Below are positions 37,769 through 48,589 of a DNA stretch of 64,000 nt, one piece after another. Every line of letters begins with the position of its first letter. The first letter of the stretch is position 1. Position numbers and translations under genes: made by a program. Origin of the DNA: Myxococcales bacterium (GTDB lineage: Bacteria > Myxococcota_A > Bradymonadia > REDH01); the NCBI GenBank assembly GCA_020633625.1, contig JACKDJ010000014.1:18035-82034 (forward strand), written 5' to 3'. The notes beneath the pieces were generated by a model that ran no database searches, was not told where the DNA came from, and saw nothing but the letters and a program-made list of their open reading frames with translations.

Positions 37769-37922
37769 CCGGCGGCGCGCCGGCCGATCCTGCGGTGTGC
37801 AGCGGTAGCGGGGGTGAGTCGTCGCGGAGGTCGACGGGGGCACGAAGGGAGCCGCTGCGCCGCGTTGTGTCGGAGGCGCGGCTCGGGTACCGTGCGCGCG
37901 GCCGATCTCGGCCTCGAACGCG

Positions 37923-40900
37923 GTGCAGACGATGCGAACGACTCTGGCTCTGGTGGTTGTGGCCCTCGCCACTTCCTTCGCGGCGGCGTGCGGCGACGGT
38001 CCCGGATCGGGCGTCGGAGTCGACGGCGGTGCTGACGTCGGAGGAGCCGACACGGCGACCGACACGACCGACGCCGACGTGCCCGACCGCCCCGACACCG
38101 GCGACGAGCCCGACGTCGTCGCCGATGTCCGGCCAGACGTCGCGGACGAAGACGCCGACACCACCCCGATCCCGAGCCGCTGCCCCGACGACCACTGCGA
38201 CGTCGACGGCGAGTGCATCGCCAACGGGACCGTGAACGAAGACAACCCGTGCGAGAGCTGCCAAGCGGCCGTGTCGCGGGTCGGCTGGTCGCCGAACGAC
38301 GCGGGGAGCTGCGACGACGGCGACCTCTGCACGCTCGACGACCGCTGCGAAGACGGCGCGTGCGTCGGCACGCTGAAGGTGTGCGGCGCGCCGGACGCGT
38401 GCCTGTCTGGCGCGTGCGATCCCGACACCGGCGAGTGCCTGTCGGCCCCGGCCGAAGGAGAGTGCAACGACGGCGACCAGTGCACGACCGGCGACGTCTG
38501 CGTCGACGGCGCGTGTCTCGCCGACGGCGTGCGCGACTGCGACGACGACAACCCGTGCACCGACGACACGTGCGACCCGGCGGGCGGCTGCGTCCACACG
38601 CCGCTCACCGAGGTCGCGTGCGACGACGGGAACGCGTGCACTGTCGGCGACATCTGCGCCGAGGGCGTCTGCATCGCCGGCGCCGGCGCGCGGTCGTGCG
38701 ACGACGGGGACCTCTGCACGCTCGATCGCTGCGAGCCCCTCGCCGGGTGTTCTCATGTCTCGGTCGCCGACCGCTGCGTCGACGACAACCCGTGCACGGA
38801 CGAGCGCTGCGACCCCGGGCTTGGCTGTGTGTTCCCGTTCAACACGGTCGCGTGCGACGACGGCGATGTCTGCACCGTCGCGGATGTTTGCACCGAGGGG
38901 GCGTGCCGCGGCGACGACCTGTTCGTCGACGACTTTAACCCGTGCACCGACGACGTCTGCGTCGACCCGGTCGGCGCCGCGCACGTCCCGAACACCGATC
39001 TCTGCGACGACCTCGACGCGTGTACGGTCGGTGATCGGTGCGCCGACGGCGGCTGTGTGCCCGGGACCACGCCGCTGAACTGCGACGACAGCAACCCATG
39101 CACCGACGAGGTGTGCGAGTCGTCGGTCGGGTGTGTGCGCACCAACAACACCGACGCGTGCGACGACCTCGATGCCTGCACCGTCGCCGACACCTGCAGC
39201 GACGGCGCGTGCCTCGGCTCGCCGCGGAACTGCGACGACGGGAACGCGTGCACCGAAGACACCTGCGACGCCGCCACGGGGTGCGCACACACGCTGATCA
39301 TCAGCAACGCATGCCGCCCGACGATCACCGTCGACTACCCGCCACGCGCCGCCACGCTCCTGAGCAGCGGGCAGCTCGTCGTGCGCGGACACGTCGAGAG
39401 CGGCGCCGGCTCCATCACGTCGTTCACGCTGAACGGGTCGCCGGTCTCGCTGGTCGACGGTGACTTCTCGGTGCCGATGTCGCCGCCCGTCGGCGGAAAC
39501 ATCCTGTCGTTCGAGGCCGAGGACTCGTTCGGGTCGTCGCGCCGGCGCGTCCAGTCCTATGTTTGGGCACCTGGCTACGACACTCCGTCTGTGAGCTCGA
39601 TGAACGCCGGCCCGGTCGACCCGGGACTGGGCTATTGGCTCGGCCAGCCGACGCTCGACGTGCTCGCGGGCGTATTCAACCTCGTCATCCAGAACTACAA
39701 CCTCGGCGCCCTGCTCCCGAACCCGGTGCTCGAGAGCCTCGGCCACACCGTCCGGACGCGCGGCTCGAACCCCGTCACGTTCGGGACGCCGACGACCACG
39801 CTCGACGCGCGCCCCGCCGGGATGCACGTGAACGCGCGCATCCCGAACCTGCGGGCTGCCCTGACGATCAGCGGCTGGGCGTGCAGCGGAAACGTCGACT
39901 ACACAGCCACGAGCCTGACCGTCGACGCCGATGTCCAGATGACGGTCGCGGCAAACCACACACTCCAGACCAACCTGACGAACATCAACGCGACAATCGC
40001 GGGTGGGAACCTGAACTTCTCGTGCTTCCTCGGCGGGCTGATCAGCCTGATCGTCGGCGACGTCAGCGGCGACTTCGAGAACGCGATCGAGAGCTCCCTG
40101 GCGTCCGCGCTCGGTCCCGCGTTGGGCGACGCGTTCAACGCGTTCGCGCTCGACTTCGACGTCCCATTGCCGTCTCTGGCGGGCGGAGACCCCATCGACC
40201 TCCGACTCTACTCCGACTGGAGCTCCGTGGGATGGACCGACTCTGGCGCGCGCATGCGGCTGCGCGCGACGTCGGCCCCCTACGCCGTGGTGACGCCATA
40301 CACGAACCTCGGCTCGGCGCGCCGCGGTGGCTGCGGCACGACCACACAGACTCTCGTCATCCCCGGCTCGGCGCCGCTCGAGGTGGTCCTGTCAGACGAC
40401 TTGATCAACCAGGTGTTGCACGCCGCATGGCGAGGCGGTCTGCTGGAGTTCGACGTGCCCCCCGAGCTGCTGGGCGGCGTCGACCTGTCGGCCTACGGCA
40501 TCTCGGACCTCACGCTCGTCGCGAGCGGCATGCTGCAGCCGACGGCCTCGGACTGCGGCCGCGCACCGGCAGACGGACTCGGGCTCCACATCGGCGACCT
40601 TCGCATCGACGCCGACATGCGCCTGTTCGGCGTGCCGGTGGCGATGGTCATCTACGTGAGCCTGCAGGCGCGGCTCGAGCTCTCGGCGTCGACCGATGGC
40701 ATCGCCATCGCCGTCTCGGACGTCGAAGCGGTCGACCTCGAGGTCTCCGTCCGCGACGAGGCGTTCCTGTCCGTCGAGCCGGTGGTCGAGCAGCTCCTCC
40801 GCGAGAACCTCGTCCCCTCGCTGACAGGGCTGCTCGGCGGCGACGCGCTGGGGTCATTCCCGCTGCCCGAGATCGACCTGTCGTCGTCGATCGCCGGGCT

Positions 40901-40988
40901 CCCCGCCGGCACCATCATCCGCATCGTCCCGAGCCGCGTTCTGCGGTCGGGCGGCAACTCGATCGTCGAAGGAGCGTTGGTCCGATGA
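37923..40988 (+). CDS. Large lipoprotein with ~12 Cys-rich CxDGxxCT/CxDDNPCTDDxC repeats (Myxococcus-type cysteine-rich repeat) and a ~550-aa C-terminal domain
   Basis: Lipobox LALVVVALATSFAAACGDG. Repeats such as CDDGDLCTLDDRCEDGACVG and CDDDNPCTDDTCDPAGGCVHT. Confidence 0.7.
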   Translation: MQTMRTTLALVVVALATSFAAACGDGPGSGVGVDGGADVGGADTATDTTDADVPDRPDTGDEPDVVADVRPDVADEDADTTPIPSRCPDDHCDVDGECIANGTVNEDNPCESCQAAVSRVGWSPNDAGSCDDGDLCTLDDRCEDGACVGTLKVCGAPDACLSGACDPDTGECLSAPAEGECNDGDQCTTGDVCVDGACLADGVRDCDDDNPCTDDTCDPAGGCVHTPLTEVACDDGNACTVGDICAEGVCIAGAGARSCDDGDLCTLDRCEPLAGCSHVSVADRCVDDNPCTDERCDPGLGCVFPFNTVACDDGDVCTVADVCTEGACRGDDLFVDDFNPCTDDVCVDPVGAAHVPNTDLCDDLDACTVGDRCADGGCVPGTTPLNCDDSNPCTDEVCESSVGCVRTNNTDACDDLDACTVADTCSDGACLGSPRNCDDGNACTEDTCDAATGCAHTLIISNACRPTITVDYPPRAATLLSSGQLVVRGHVESGAGSITSFTLNGSPVSLVDGDFSVPMSPPVGGNILSFEAEDSFGSSRRRVQSYVWAPGYDTPSVSSMNAGPVDPGLGYWLGQPTLDVLAGVFNLVIQNYNLGALLPNPVLESLGHTVRTRGSNPVTFGTPTTTLDARPAGMHVNARIPNLRAALTISGWACSGNVDYTATSLTVDADVQMTVAANHTLQTNLTNINATIAGGNLNFSCFLGGLISLIVGDVSGDFENAIESSLASALGPALGDAFNAFALDFDVPLPSLAGGDPIDLRLYSDWSSVGWTDSGARMRLRATSAPYAVVTPYTNLGSARRGGCGTTTQTLVIPGSAPLEVVLSDDLINQVLHAAWRGGLLEFDVPPELLGGVDLSAYGISDLTLVASGMLQPTASDCGRAPADGLGLHIGDLRIDADMRLFGVPVAMVIYVSLQARLELSASTDGIAIAVSDVEAVDLEVSVRDEAFLSVEPVVEQLLRENLVPSLTGLLGGDALGSFPLPEIDLSSSIAGLPAGTIIRIVPSRVLRSGGNSIVEGALVR

Positions 40989-43033
40989 TTCGCCGATCCA
41001 CACTGCTGCTGGCCTCCCTCCTCGTCGCGTGCGGCACCGAGGCGGGCTCCGACGATGCCGGCCCGATCATCATCGACGCCGCGAGTGACGCGACCGCTGA
41101 CACTGGGGGCTCCGACGTCGGCGACGACCTCGAGGACGCCGGAGACGACGTCGCAGACTCAACCGCAGACACCGCGGACTCGGACACGACCCCGGACGCG
41201 ACTCCGGACGCGCCCGTCGACGTGGTCCCCGACGACACGGCGCCGCCGCGCTCGTGCAGCGCCGACTCGGAGTGCGACGACGGCCTCGCGTGCACCGAGG
41301 ACCGGTGCGACGCCGAGCTGCGCCACTGCGTGTGGTCTCCGCTCGCGAACCGGTGCGCGATCAACGGTGTCTGCTACGCGCGCGGCGACTCCCGTCCCGG
41401 CACGCCGTGCCTCGTCTGCGCTCCCGACACGAACACGCGGGCGTTCACGCCGCGGGCGGCCGGCGACGAGTGCGACGATGGAGACGCCTGCACGGCCGGC
41501 GATGTGTGCGACGCCGAGGCCGTGTGTGGCGGAGAGGCGCTCGTCTGCAACGACGGCAACGACTGCACCGTCGATCGCTGCGACTCGGCGCTGGGCTGCG
41601 TCGAAGACCACCGCCCCGACGGCGTCGCGTGCGACGATGGCGACGCGTGCACAGAGGCCGACGCGTGCTTTGGCGGCATGTGCGAGGGCGCGCCGCTCGG
41701 CTGTGACGACGGCAACGACTGCACCGCCGACCGCTGCGACGCCGAGCTCGGCTGTGTGTCCGAGCCGCTCACCGGCGCCGCCTGCGACGACGGCGACGCC
41801 TGCACCGCGGGTGACACCTGCACCGACGGCGTGTGCGGTGCCACCGAGCCGACCAACTGCGAAGACGGGAACGCCTGCACGATCGACCTGTGCGATCCGT
41901 TCGCCGGCTGCTCGTATCTCCCCAACCTGAACCCGTGCTGCACCGGCACCGTCTCGATCTGCGACGACCGTGACCCGTGCACCACCGACCTGTGCGACCC
42001 GGCGACCGCCGAGTGCACACAAGAGGCAAACACGGCGGTGTGCGACGACGGCGATGCTTGCACGGTGTCGGACCGCTGCGAAGACGGCGCCTGCGGAGGC
42101 CGCCCGCGTACGTGCGACGACGGAAACCCGTGCACGGCCGACGCGTGCGACCCCGACTCCGGCTGCACGTTCGAGCCGATCGACGGTGGCGCCTGCGACG
42201 ACGGCATCGACTGCACGACGGGCGACGCGTGTGTGCGTGGACGCTGCCTGCCGGCCGTCAATGAGTGCACCTGCGAGCCGCACTTCGGCCGACAGGCGGT
42301 GAAGCTGACGGCGCTGCGCATCGGAAGCGGGGGCCGCCCCGGCGAGGCCCTGGACCTGGACCTGAACCCGAGCACGTGCAGCCCGCCGACCGACTGCTCC
42401 GACGGCCGCCACAACGCGCTCGGCGTGATCGGTAGCTTCGTGAACCCGTCGCTGACGGAGTCCGTCGCAGATGGCTCGCTGGTGCTCGTGCTCGACATCG
42501 ACGACATCGGACTCAACCCGTTCCAGATCGCGTTCCACCAGGGCGAGCTCGACCCGGTCGATTCCGCGTGCACTCCTGCGGACGGCGGCTGCCGCTACCG
42601 CGTGTCGCCGGCGACGCTAACCCGCGACACGTGCGAGCCGGTGGTGACGCTCGAGGCCACGCGGGCGGGCACCGCGGTGTCGGCGGGAGGCCGCGGCACG
42701 ACGTTCCCGTTCACGCTCCCGTTTGGCGACGCCTCGGTCACGATCACGCTCTACGACGTCCGGTTCCAGGGCACGGTCACGATCTCTGGCGATCGCGTGA
42801 CGAGGCTCGACGGCGTCCTCGGCGGCGCGGTGCCACGGGCGGAGCTGATCACCGCCCTGAGCTCACTCCCGGCGGACTCTCTGCCGGTCGACCCCGCGAG
42901 CCTCGAGGGGCTGCTCCGGGCGCTCGTGCAGGAAGACATCGATGTGAACGGCGACGGGACCCCCGACGCGGCGTCGATCGGGCTGGTCGTGTCGGGCGTC
43001 GACGCGGTGCTGACGGGGCTTACGACCGACTGA
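40985..43033 (+). CDS. Second lipoprotein of the same Cys-rich repeat family (paralog), translationally coupled (ATGA) to the upstream gene
   Basis: MIRRSTLLLASLLVACGTEAG lipobox, 13+ CxDGxxCT repeats, then a C-terminal domain. Start overlaps the preceding stop. Confidence 0.7.
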   Translation: MIRRSTLLLASLLVACGTEAGSDDAGPIIIDAASDATADTGGSDVGDDLEDAGDDVADSTADTADSDTTPDATPDAPVDVVPDDTAPPRSCSADSECDDGLACTEDRCDAELRHCVWSPLANRCAINGVCYARGDSRPGTPCLVCAPDTNTRAFTPRAAGDECDDGDACTAGDVCDAEAVCGGEALVCNDGNDCTVDRCDSALGCVEDHRPDGVACDDGDACTEADACFGGMCEGAPLGCDDGNDCTADRCDAELGCVSEPLTGAACDDGDACTAGDTCTDGVCGATEPTNCEDGNACTIDLCDPFAGCSYLPNLNPCCTGTVSICDDRDPCTTDLCDPATAECTQEANTAVCDDGDACTVSDRCEDGACGGRPRTCDDGNPCTADACDPDSGCTFEPIDGGACDDGIDCTTGDACVRGRCLPAVNECTCEPHFGRQAVKLTALRIGSGGRPGEALDLDLNPSTCSPPTDCSDGRHNALGVIGSFVNPSLTESVADGSLVLVLDIDDIGLNPFQIAFHQGELDPVDSACTPADGGCRYRVSPATLTRDTCEPVVTLEATRAGTAVSAGGRGTTFPFTLPFGDASVTITLYDVRFQGTVTISGDRVTRLDGVLGGAVPRAELITALSSLPADSLPVDPASLEGLLRALVQEDIDVNGDGTPDAASIGLVVSGVDAVLTGLTTD

Positions 43034-43065
43034 CGGCGGCCTGAGCCCGCGGGCCCGACGCGGGC

Positions 43066-44124
43066 CTACTCGCTGTACTTGCAGGCGTCGTCGATGAGCG
43101 GGAGCGCTTCGAGGAAGAACGCGTCGTAGCTCGGCGCGCAGATGTCGCCGATGAGCCCGCGCTCTCCGAACCGGAGCGTGAACCCGACGAGGCGCGCGGC
43201 CTGCTGCGCTCCGCACGAGGAGTCTTGGTAGCGCGCGATCAGCGAGAGCACGATCATGTCTTCGGTGGCGGACGGCCGCAGCGTGGTGAGCTCGGCGATC
43301 CAGTCGTTCACGGTCCCGCCACTCCCATTCGGCGTGCACGGCCAGTCGTCGGGGCCGCACGACCCGTCGTCGGCGTCGTCTTCGTCTGAGATCATGACGA
43401 CGACGAGGAGGGAGTCCGGCCGCAGGAAGCCGGCGTTGCACGCTCCCTCGGCGTTGCGTGCCGGATCGATCGCGTTGAGCAGGGCCCGCATCACGCGCTC
43501 GTTGTCGTCGCCCGAGACACCGAGCTGGGCCGCGCACGCGAAGTCCTCGTCGATGTTTGGGTCGAGCCCGTCGATATAGCGAGTCCCGCCCTCGTAAGGT
43601 CCGCACGTGGCGTTTGACGACTCTAGGCCGGCCGTGGCGGTGACGAGGTCACCGATGTCGGTGCAGCCCGCCGCGTTGTACCGGTACGCGTCGCTCGTGA
43701 CGACGCCCACGTGGAAGCTGACCGCGAACGCCAGCCGCTCGCGCATCGCGTCGAGGAAGCCGGGGAACGAAGCGACGACGCTCCGCTGGTTGTCGGACAT
43801 GCTCGCGGAGTTGTCGATGACAAACAGGATGTCGACGTCGCGGCAGAGGTCGTTGACGCCGCCGGCATCGACATCTGGGCGGGCCACGTCGACCTCCGCG
43901 GAGGCGTCGCCGTCGACGGCGCCATCGGGTTCGGTGTCAAGGCCGAGCTCGACCCGTGTGACGTCTTCGGCCGGCTGCCCGTCCGACTCGGCCCCATCGG
44001 CGTCGCTCGCGTCGCCGGTGCGATCGGGGACCCGAGTCCCTGACTCGGTGCCAGAGTCGCGGTCTCCACAGGCGGCGATGGCGGCGAGCGCGCAGACGAG
44101 CACGAGCGAGCGCAGTGTTCTCAT
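43066..44124 (-). CDS. von Willebrand factor type A (VWA) domain lipoprotein
   Basis: Lipobox MRTLRSLVLVCALAAIAACGD. MIDAS motif DILFVIDNSASMSD. Confidence 0.7.
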   Translation of the reverse strand: MRTLRSLVLVCALAAIAACGDRDSGTESGTRVPDRTGDASDADGAESDGQPAEDVTRVELGLDTEPDGAVDGDASAEVDVARPDVDAGGVNDLCRDVDILFVIDNSASMSDNQRSVVASFPGFLDAMRERLAFAVSFHVGVVTSDAYRYNAAGCTDIGDLVTATAGLESSNATCGPYEGGTRYIDGLDPNIDEDFACAAQLGVSGDDNERVMRALLNAIDPARNAEGACNAGFLRPDSLLVVVMISDEDDADDGSCGPDDWPCTPNGSGGTVNDWIAELTTLRPSATEDMIVLSLIARYQDSSCGAQQAARLVGFTLRFGERGLIGDICAPSYDAFFLEALPLIDDACKYSE

Positions 44125-44357
44125 CGGACACCGAGGCGGAGGGGCGAGACGTCCGGGGATGGTACCGAGGGGGCGCGTCGGAGACAACCCAGCGTGGGGG
44201 GCCCATAGGATTGATCAGCGACGGTGGGACGGTCGCCGTCTGGAGCCGGGTTGGATGGGACGCACCGTCGAAGCACGAGCTCTGAGCGCAGTGCCCCTAC
44301 CCCACGCGGTGGGCTGGTACGACTCGGGTTGTACGACGCGGCGCCGATGCGGGCAGG

Positions 44358-45737
44358 TCAGGCGGCAGCGTCGAACTCTCCGGTGTCGAGGACGGTGTCG
44401 AAGAGGAGCATCAGGATGTGATGCCGGACGGTGCGCCAAGCGGGTTTGTCGCCGTCGCGGGTTCGGCTCAGCGTCCGGAGGATGGCGAGCAGATTCTGAG
44501 CCATCATGCGCAGGAGCGAACCGACGAGCATCCCCTTCGGATGCCGGCTCAGCGGCGCCCGATGGGCGTCCTCGAAGAAGATGGCGTCGGCGGTCCAGTG
44601 TCCCTCGTTCTCGCAGCGCCAGTGACCTCGAGAGAGGGTCGCGGCACCGAGGCCAGGCAGCGCTTCTGGGGTCAGCGAGGTGACGTAGTAGCGATTCCCC
44701 CGAGACTCCTCTGTGCCGCCTCGGGAGGACACGATTCGCTCGATGCGTACGAGCTGACGTGCGTGGACCCAGCCGTGCCAGTCCCCGTCTAGGGGGGCGG
44801 TGTACACACGATAGGTGATGTCCTTTCCCCGGTTGTCCTCGGAGACGGAGTAGTCCGGCGACGCGCGCCCTTGGAGGAGGCGCTTCGCCTCGCGGAAGAT
44901 CTCGCCCTGCGGGGTCTTGATGCAGAGGAAGTAGGCCATGTTGCGTTCGGCGATTCGCTTGGCCAGCGCCAGCGAGGTGTTCCCGGCATCCGCCGTCACC
45001 GTGTTGAACAGGCCTGTGCGCCCGTAGGCGCTGATCAGCTGGTCGAAGCTCTCCACGGCAGACCCGACCTCGTTCGCCGTCCCGTCGAGGGGACGCTCGT
45101 CGATTCCCACCGCGGCACCGCTCGAGACGAGCGTCCATCGGTGCATCCGGATCAGGCCATACACGGGCCCCTTCGAGGGCGAGACGAGCTGGACGTACTC
45201 CATCCCGGCCGCTTTCAGCACGCGCCGCAGCTCGTCGACGTCCGGAGCCCACGACGCCTCCGTGCTGCGCGGGTCGTTGACCGCGCGAAGCGCACCGCGC
45301 GCCGCGCTGACCAAGGATCGCAGTCGTACCGGCGCCAGGACCTTCCCATCGAGCGCGACGACCCGGCGGTCGTGGAGCGTGCCCCCGAATGTGCCGCGTC
45401 GGTGCTCGGCCTTCACCATGGCGTGCAGCGCGTCACGCAGCTGCCCTGCGTCGACTCGCGGTAGCAGCGCGCCGAAGGTGTTGTCCGCGATCCGCTCGCC
45501 CCCAAAGCCCAGCATCGTCGACGTCGCGCGGTCGACCAGCTGCTCGCTGCGTGCCTCGAACTCCCGCTGCGAGTTCCCGCCGCTCGCGAGCGTCAGGATG
45601 CCGAGGCGAACGACGCCCTCGAGCTGGTACTTCGCTCGACACCGTTCGTCCCGCAGCATCGAGAGCGGCACCTCTCTCAGCCGCCTCACCAGACCTTTCG
45701 ACGTCGCCGCTTGACGACGCATGAGACGCTTTGCCAT
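44358..45737 (-). mobile_element. ISAs1-family DDE transposase gene (the IS element's terminal repeats were not delineated)
   Basis: C-terminal signature RGHWRCENEGHWTADAIFFEDAHRAP (compare HWxIENxLHWxLDVxFxED in ISAs1 / H-repeat-associated proteins) and N-terminal region RDERCRAKYQLEGVVRLGILTLASG. Start taken at MAKRLMRR. Confidence 0.7.
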
Positions 45738-46165
45738 GATCCTCCTCGACCGGTTGGTCACTGAAACGGCGTCGTCAGCTAGCCCGCATCGGCGCCGTTT
45801 CGCGTTCGTGCCACGCCACGATCGCAGAGAACCGTGGCGGGTGGGATCCCCCCGCGTACGAACTGCGGAAAAGTTTCCACGAACTCGGCTGAGCAATCCT
45901 GGGGGGGCCCAACGTGGGGGCAGAGTGGGGCGCACCGAGCCGGATGGCCGTCGCGGATGGGTGCCTGCGCGCGGCGTCGCGGTCCGCCCACCCTCGGGGC
46001 GGGCGGCGGGGCGGTGCGCTGGGGGGCGGACGGTGGGACGGTGGGACGTCTGCCGGGTGGGGGCCGGCCTGCGGCCGGGGGGCGATGCATGGCATCGCCC
46101 TTACATCGTGACGGGCGGCGGTGGGGCGGCCCGGCGGCGCCGGACGGCGTGGCCACCGTCCACGA

Positions 46166-46252
46166 ACGGCACCGGCCGGAGCGTCCCCCGCACCCCATGT
46201 GCGGGCTGGCTCCGGCCGGCATCCCGTCCGTCGCGTTGCCCGGGTTCTGACG
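46166..46252. repeat. Left copy of an ~87-bp near-perfect inverted repeat pair (partner at 48434-48520)
   Basis: The reverse complement of 46166-46252 matches 48434-48520 with 2 mismatches in 87 bp. Weaker similarity (…ttcattca.cgccga.tgcac…) continues ~40 bp outward on both sides. Confidence 0.8.
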
Positions 46253-46389
46253 TCTGGCCCGAAGGTTCATTCATCGCCGATGCACCGCGGTGCGGAGCGC
46301 GGCGGGACTAGGGGCTCGTGTCGCGGCGTTGACCGTCTCGTCCGCGTTCGGTAAGCCGCGCGGAGACGACCCTGGCCGAGTGTGATCCG

Positions 46390-46953
46390 ATGTCGACCGA
46401 AGAAGAGAACTACTTTCACCAGCAAGAGATGGAGCGGCGCGAGGCGCGGCGGCGCGAGCTCGAGCGGGCCGCTGCCGAGCTCGCCGAGCGTCGCCGCGTG
46501 GCCGAGACGCTCGAGACGCACGACGAGGCGCTGCTGGAGCGCATTCGCGCGCTCGGGTTCGATGGCGACACGGCCCGCGTGCTCGACCTGCTGCCCCTCA
46601 TCCACGTCGCGTGGGCCGACGGCTCGGTGAGTCAGAAGGAGCGCACCCAGATCTTTCGCGCGCTCACGCAGCGTGGGATCGCCCGCGACAGCGAGGCGTG
46701 GCTCCTCGTCGCCGCGCTGCTCGAGCAGCGGCCGTCCGACGACTTCCTCGAGGAGACGCTCCACCTGCTCCGCGACCTCGGCGGCGAGCGCGGCGTCTCG
46801 ATCGTCGACCTCTGCGCGCAGATCGCCCGCTCCAGCGGCGGCTTCTTCGGGCTCGGCGACAAGATCGCCGACGAGGAGTACGCGGTCATCGCGCACATCG
46901 CCGACGAGCTCGGCGAGTCCGCGAAGCTCGCGTTCGAGCAGCAGCTCGGCTGA
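46390..46953 (+). CDS. TerB-like (tellurite-resistance TerB / DjlA-type) domain protein
   Basis: 187 aa; paired helical repeats ...LPLIHVAWADGSVSQKERTQIFRAL... and ...IVDLCAQIARSSGGFFGLGDKIADEEYAVIAHIADELG. Call made by eye. Confidence 0.45.
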   Translation: MSTEEENYFHQQEMERREARRRELERAAAELAERRRVAETLETHDEALLERIRALGFDGDTARVLDLLPLIHVAWADGSVSQKERTQIFRALTQRGIARDSEAWLLVAALLEQRPSDDFLEETLHLLRDLGGERGVSIVDLCAQIARSSGGFFGLGDKIADEEYAVIAHIADELGESAKLAFEQQLG

Positions 46954-46995
46954 ACCGGCGCCCGTGACGCCTGCGGCCCGCGCCAGCGCGCAGGC

Positions 46996-48324
46996 TCAGG
47001 CGCCCGCGCGCTGGAACTCGTAGAGCGAGCCGAGGCCGAGCTGCTCGGTCAGCTCGTCGAGCGCGCAGCGCGTCTCGTCGAGGAGCCGTGGGTCGGCCAG
47101 GTCGGCGGGGGTCAGCGAGTCGCGGTAGTGGCGCCGTACCCAGCCCTCGAGCCAGTCCAGCCGCTCGGGCGTCGCCCAGATGGTCGGTAGGACCGCGGCG
47201 CGCTCGGCGTCGGTCAGGACGACCCGCAGCCGCAGGCAGGCGGGGCCGCCGCCGTTGCGCATGCTCTCGCGCAGGTCGAGCGCGTCGACTCGCGCGATGT
47301 GGCCGCCATCGACCCAGCGCTGCAGCACCGCGCTCGCCCGGGGCGAGGCCATGCACTCGGCCGGGGCCACGAGGACGCGGCCTGCCGCCGTGTCGACGAG
47401 CTGCGTGTTGAACAGATAGGTCGCCACGCACTCGTCGAGTGAGAGGTCGTGCGACGGCACGCAGACCGCGGTGAGCCGATGGCCGAGCGCGGCCCTGCAC
47501 GCCGCGACCACGCCGTCTGGGTCGACGAACGCGTGCTCATGGTAGAGGAGCAGGTCGCGGTGACCGACGGCGATGACGTCGTTGTGGAAGACGCCCGCGT
47601 CGATCGCCGCCGGGTGCTGCTGGGCGAGGATCACGCGGTCGGCGCGGAGCCGGTGCAGACGCGCCACGGCCTCGCACGCCTCGCGTGCCTGCCGTGCGGG
47701 AAAGTGGGCTGGCCCGGGGCCGCCGGTGGCGGAGCGGCCCCAGACGAACAGTTCGACGCCGGGTTCGCCGTGCGTCGCTGCGAGCCGCGTGTGATTCGCG
47801 GCGCCCTCGTCGGCGTGGTCCGCCGCCGGGAGGGCGGCGTGGACGGCGAAGTGGCGCGCGTCTGCGAAGATGGCCCGCAGCGCGGCCTCGGTCGTCGGCG
47901 CCTCGATCGACCGGTGTAGCTTGCTCGCGAGGTTCGCGACGGTCAGGTGTACGCGCCCGTCTTCGCAGTCGGAAGAGGGCGAGACCGTCGCGGCGTTCGC
48001 GGTCCACATCGCCGAGGCAGACGATGCCGCGGCGAGGAGGTGCGGCGCGGTGCGCCCGGCGCGCTCAACGACGCGCGCGTCGTCGCCCGAGAACCCGAGG
48101 CTCCGGAGGAGCGCCACGTTCGGGCGTTCGTGCGGGGGCAGGCACGCCTGCGCGACGCCGAGCGACGCCAAGTGGCGCATCTTCGCGAGGCCCTGGAGGG
48201 CGGCGGCCCGGGGCGACGACGTGTCGCCGGCGTTCGTCGACGACGCCACGTTCCCGCGGCTGAGCCCGGCGTAGTTGTGGGTCGGTCCGACCAGCCCGTC
48301 GAAGCACGCCTCGACGGCGCTCAC
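46996..48324 (-). CDS. astB: N-succinylarginine dihydrolase
   Basis: Near-colinear similarity to E. coli AstB throughout: [86 protein letters not shown]. 442 aa. Confidence 0.85.
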   Translation of the reverse strand: MSAVEACFDGLVGPTHNYAGLSRGNVASSTNAGDTSSPRAAALQGLAKMRHLASLGVAQACLPPHERPNVALLRSLGFSGDDARVVERAGRTAPHLLAAASSASAMWTANAATVSPSSDCEDGRVHLTVANLASKLHRSIEAPTTEAALRAIFADARHFAVHAALPAADHADEGAANHTRLAATHGEPGVELFVWGRSATGGPGPAHFPARQAREACEAVARLHRLRADRVILAQQHPAAIDAGVFHNDVIAVGHRDLLLYHEHAFVDPDGVVAACRAALGHRLTAVCVPSHDLSLDECVATYLFNTQLVDTAAGRVLVAPAECMASPRASAVLQRWVDGGHIARVDALDLRESMRNGGGPACLRLRVVLTDAERAAVLPTIWATPERLDWLEGWVRRHYRDSLTPADLADPRLLDETRCALDELTEQLGLGSLYEFQRAGA

Positions 48325-48433
48325 AGGGAGGCCCTTCGCGCTCGGTCCGGGTCGGCAGTGCCGCCCCCAGAACCGCCAACGGCGCTCGGCGCAGACGCGT
48401 GCAGTCGGCGCGTGAATGAAGTTCGCGCGGGAG

Positions 48434-48520
48434 CGTCAGAACCAGGGCAACGCGACGGACGGGATGCCGGCCGGAGCCAACCCGCACATGGGGTGCGGGG
48501 GACGCTCCGGCCGGTGCCGT
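48434..48520. repeat. Right copy of the ~87-bp inverted repeat pair
   Basis: See the 46166-46252 entry. The ORF track shows identical peptides encoded by both copies (…GNATDGMPAGA.PHMGCGGRSGRC…). Confidence 0.8.
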
Positions 48521-48589
48521 GTCGCGGCGCGCGCGAAGGGGCCGACGGAGCCGGTGTCGACCAGGGCGGTGTCGACCGGCGCCGAGTCA

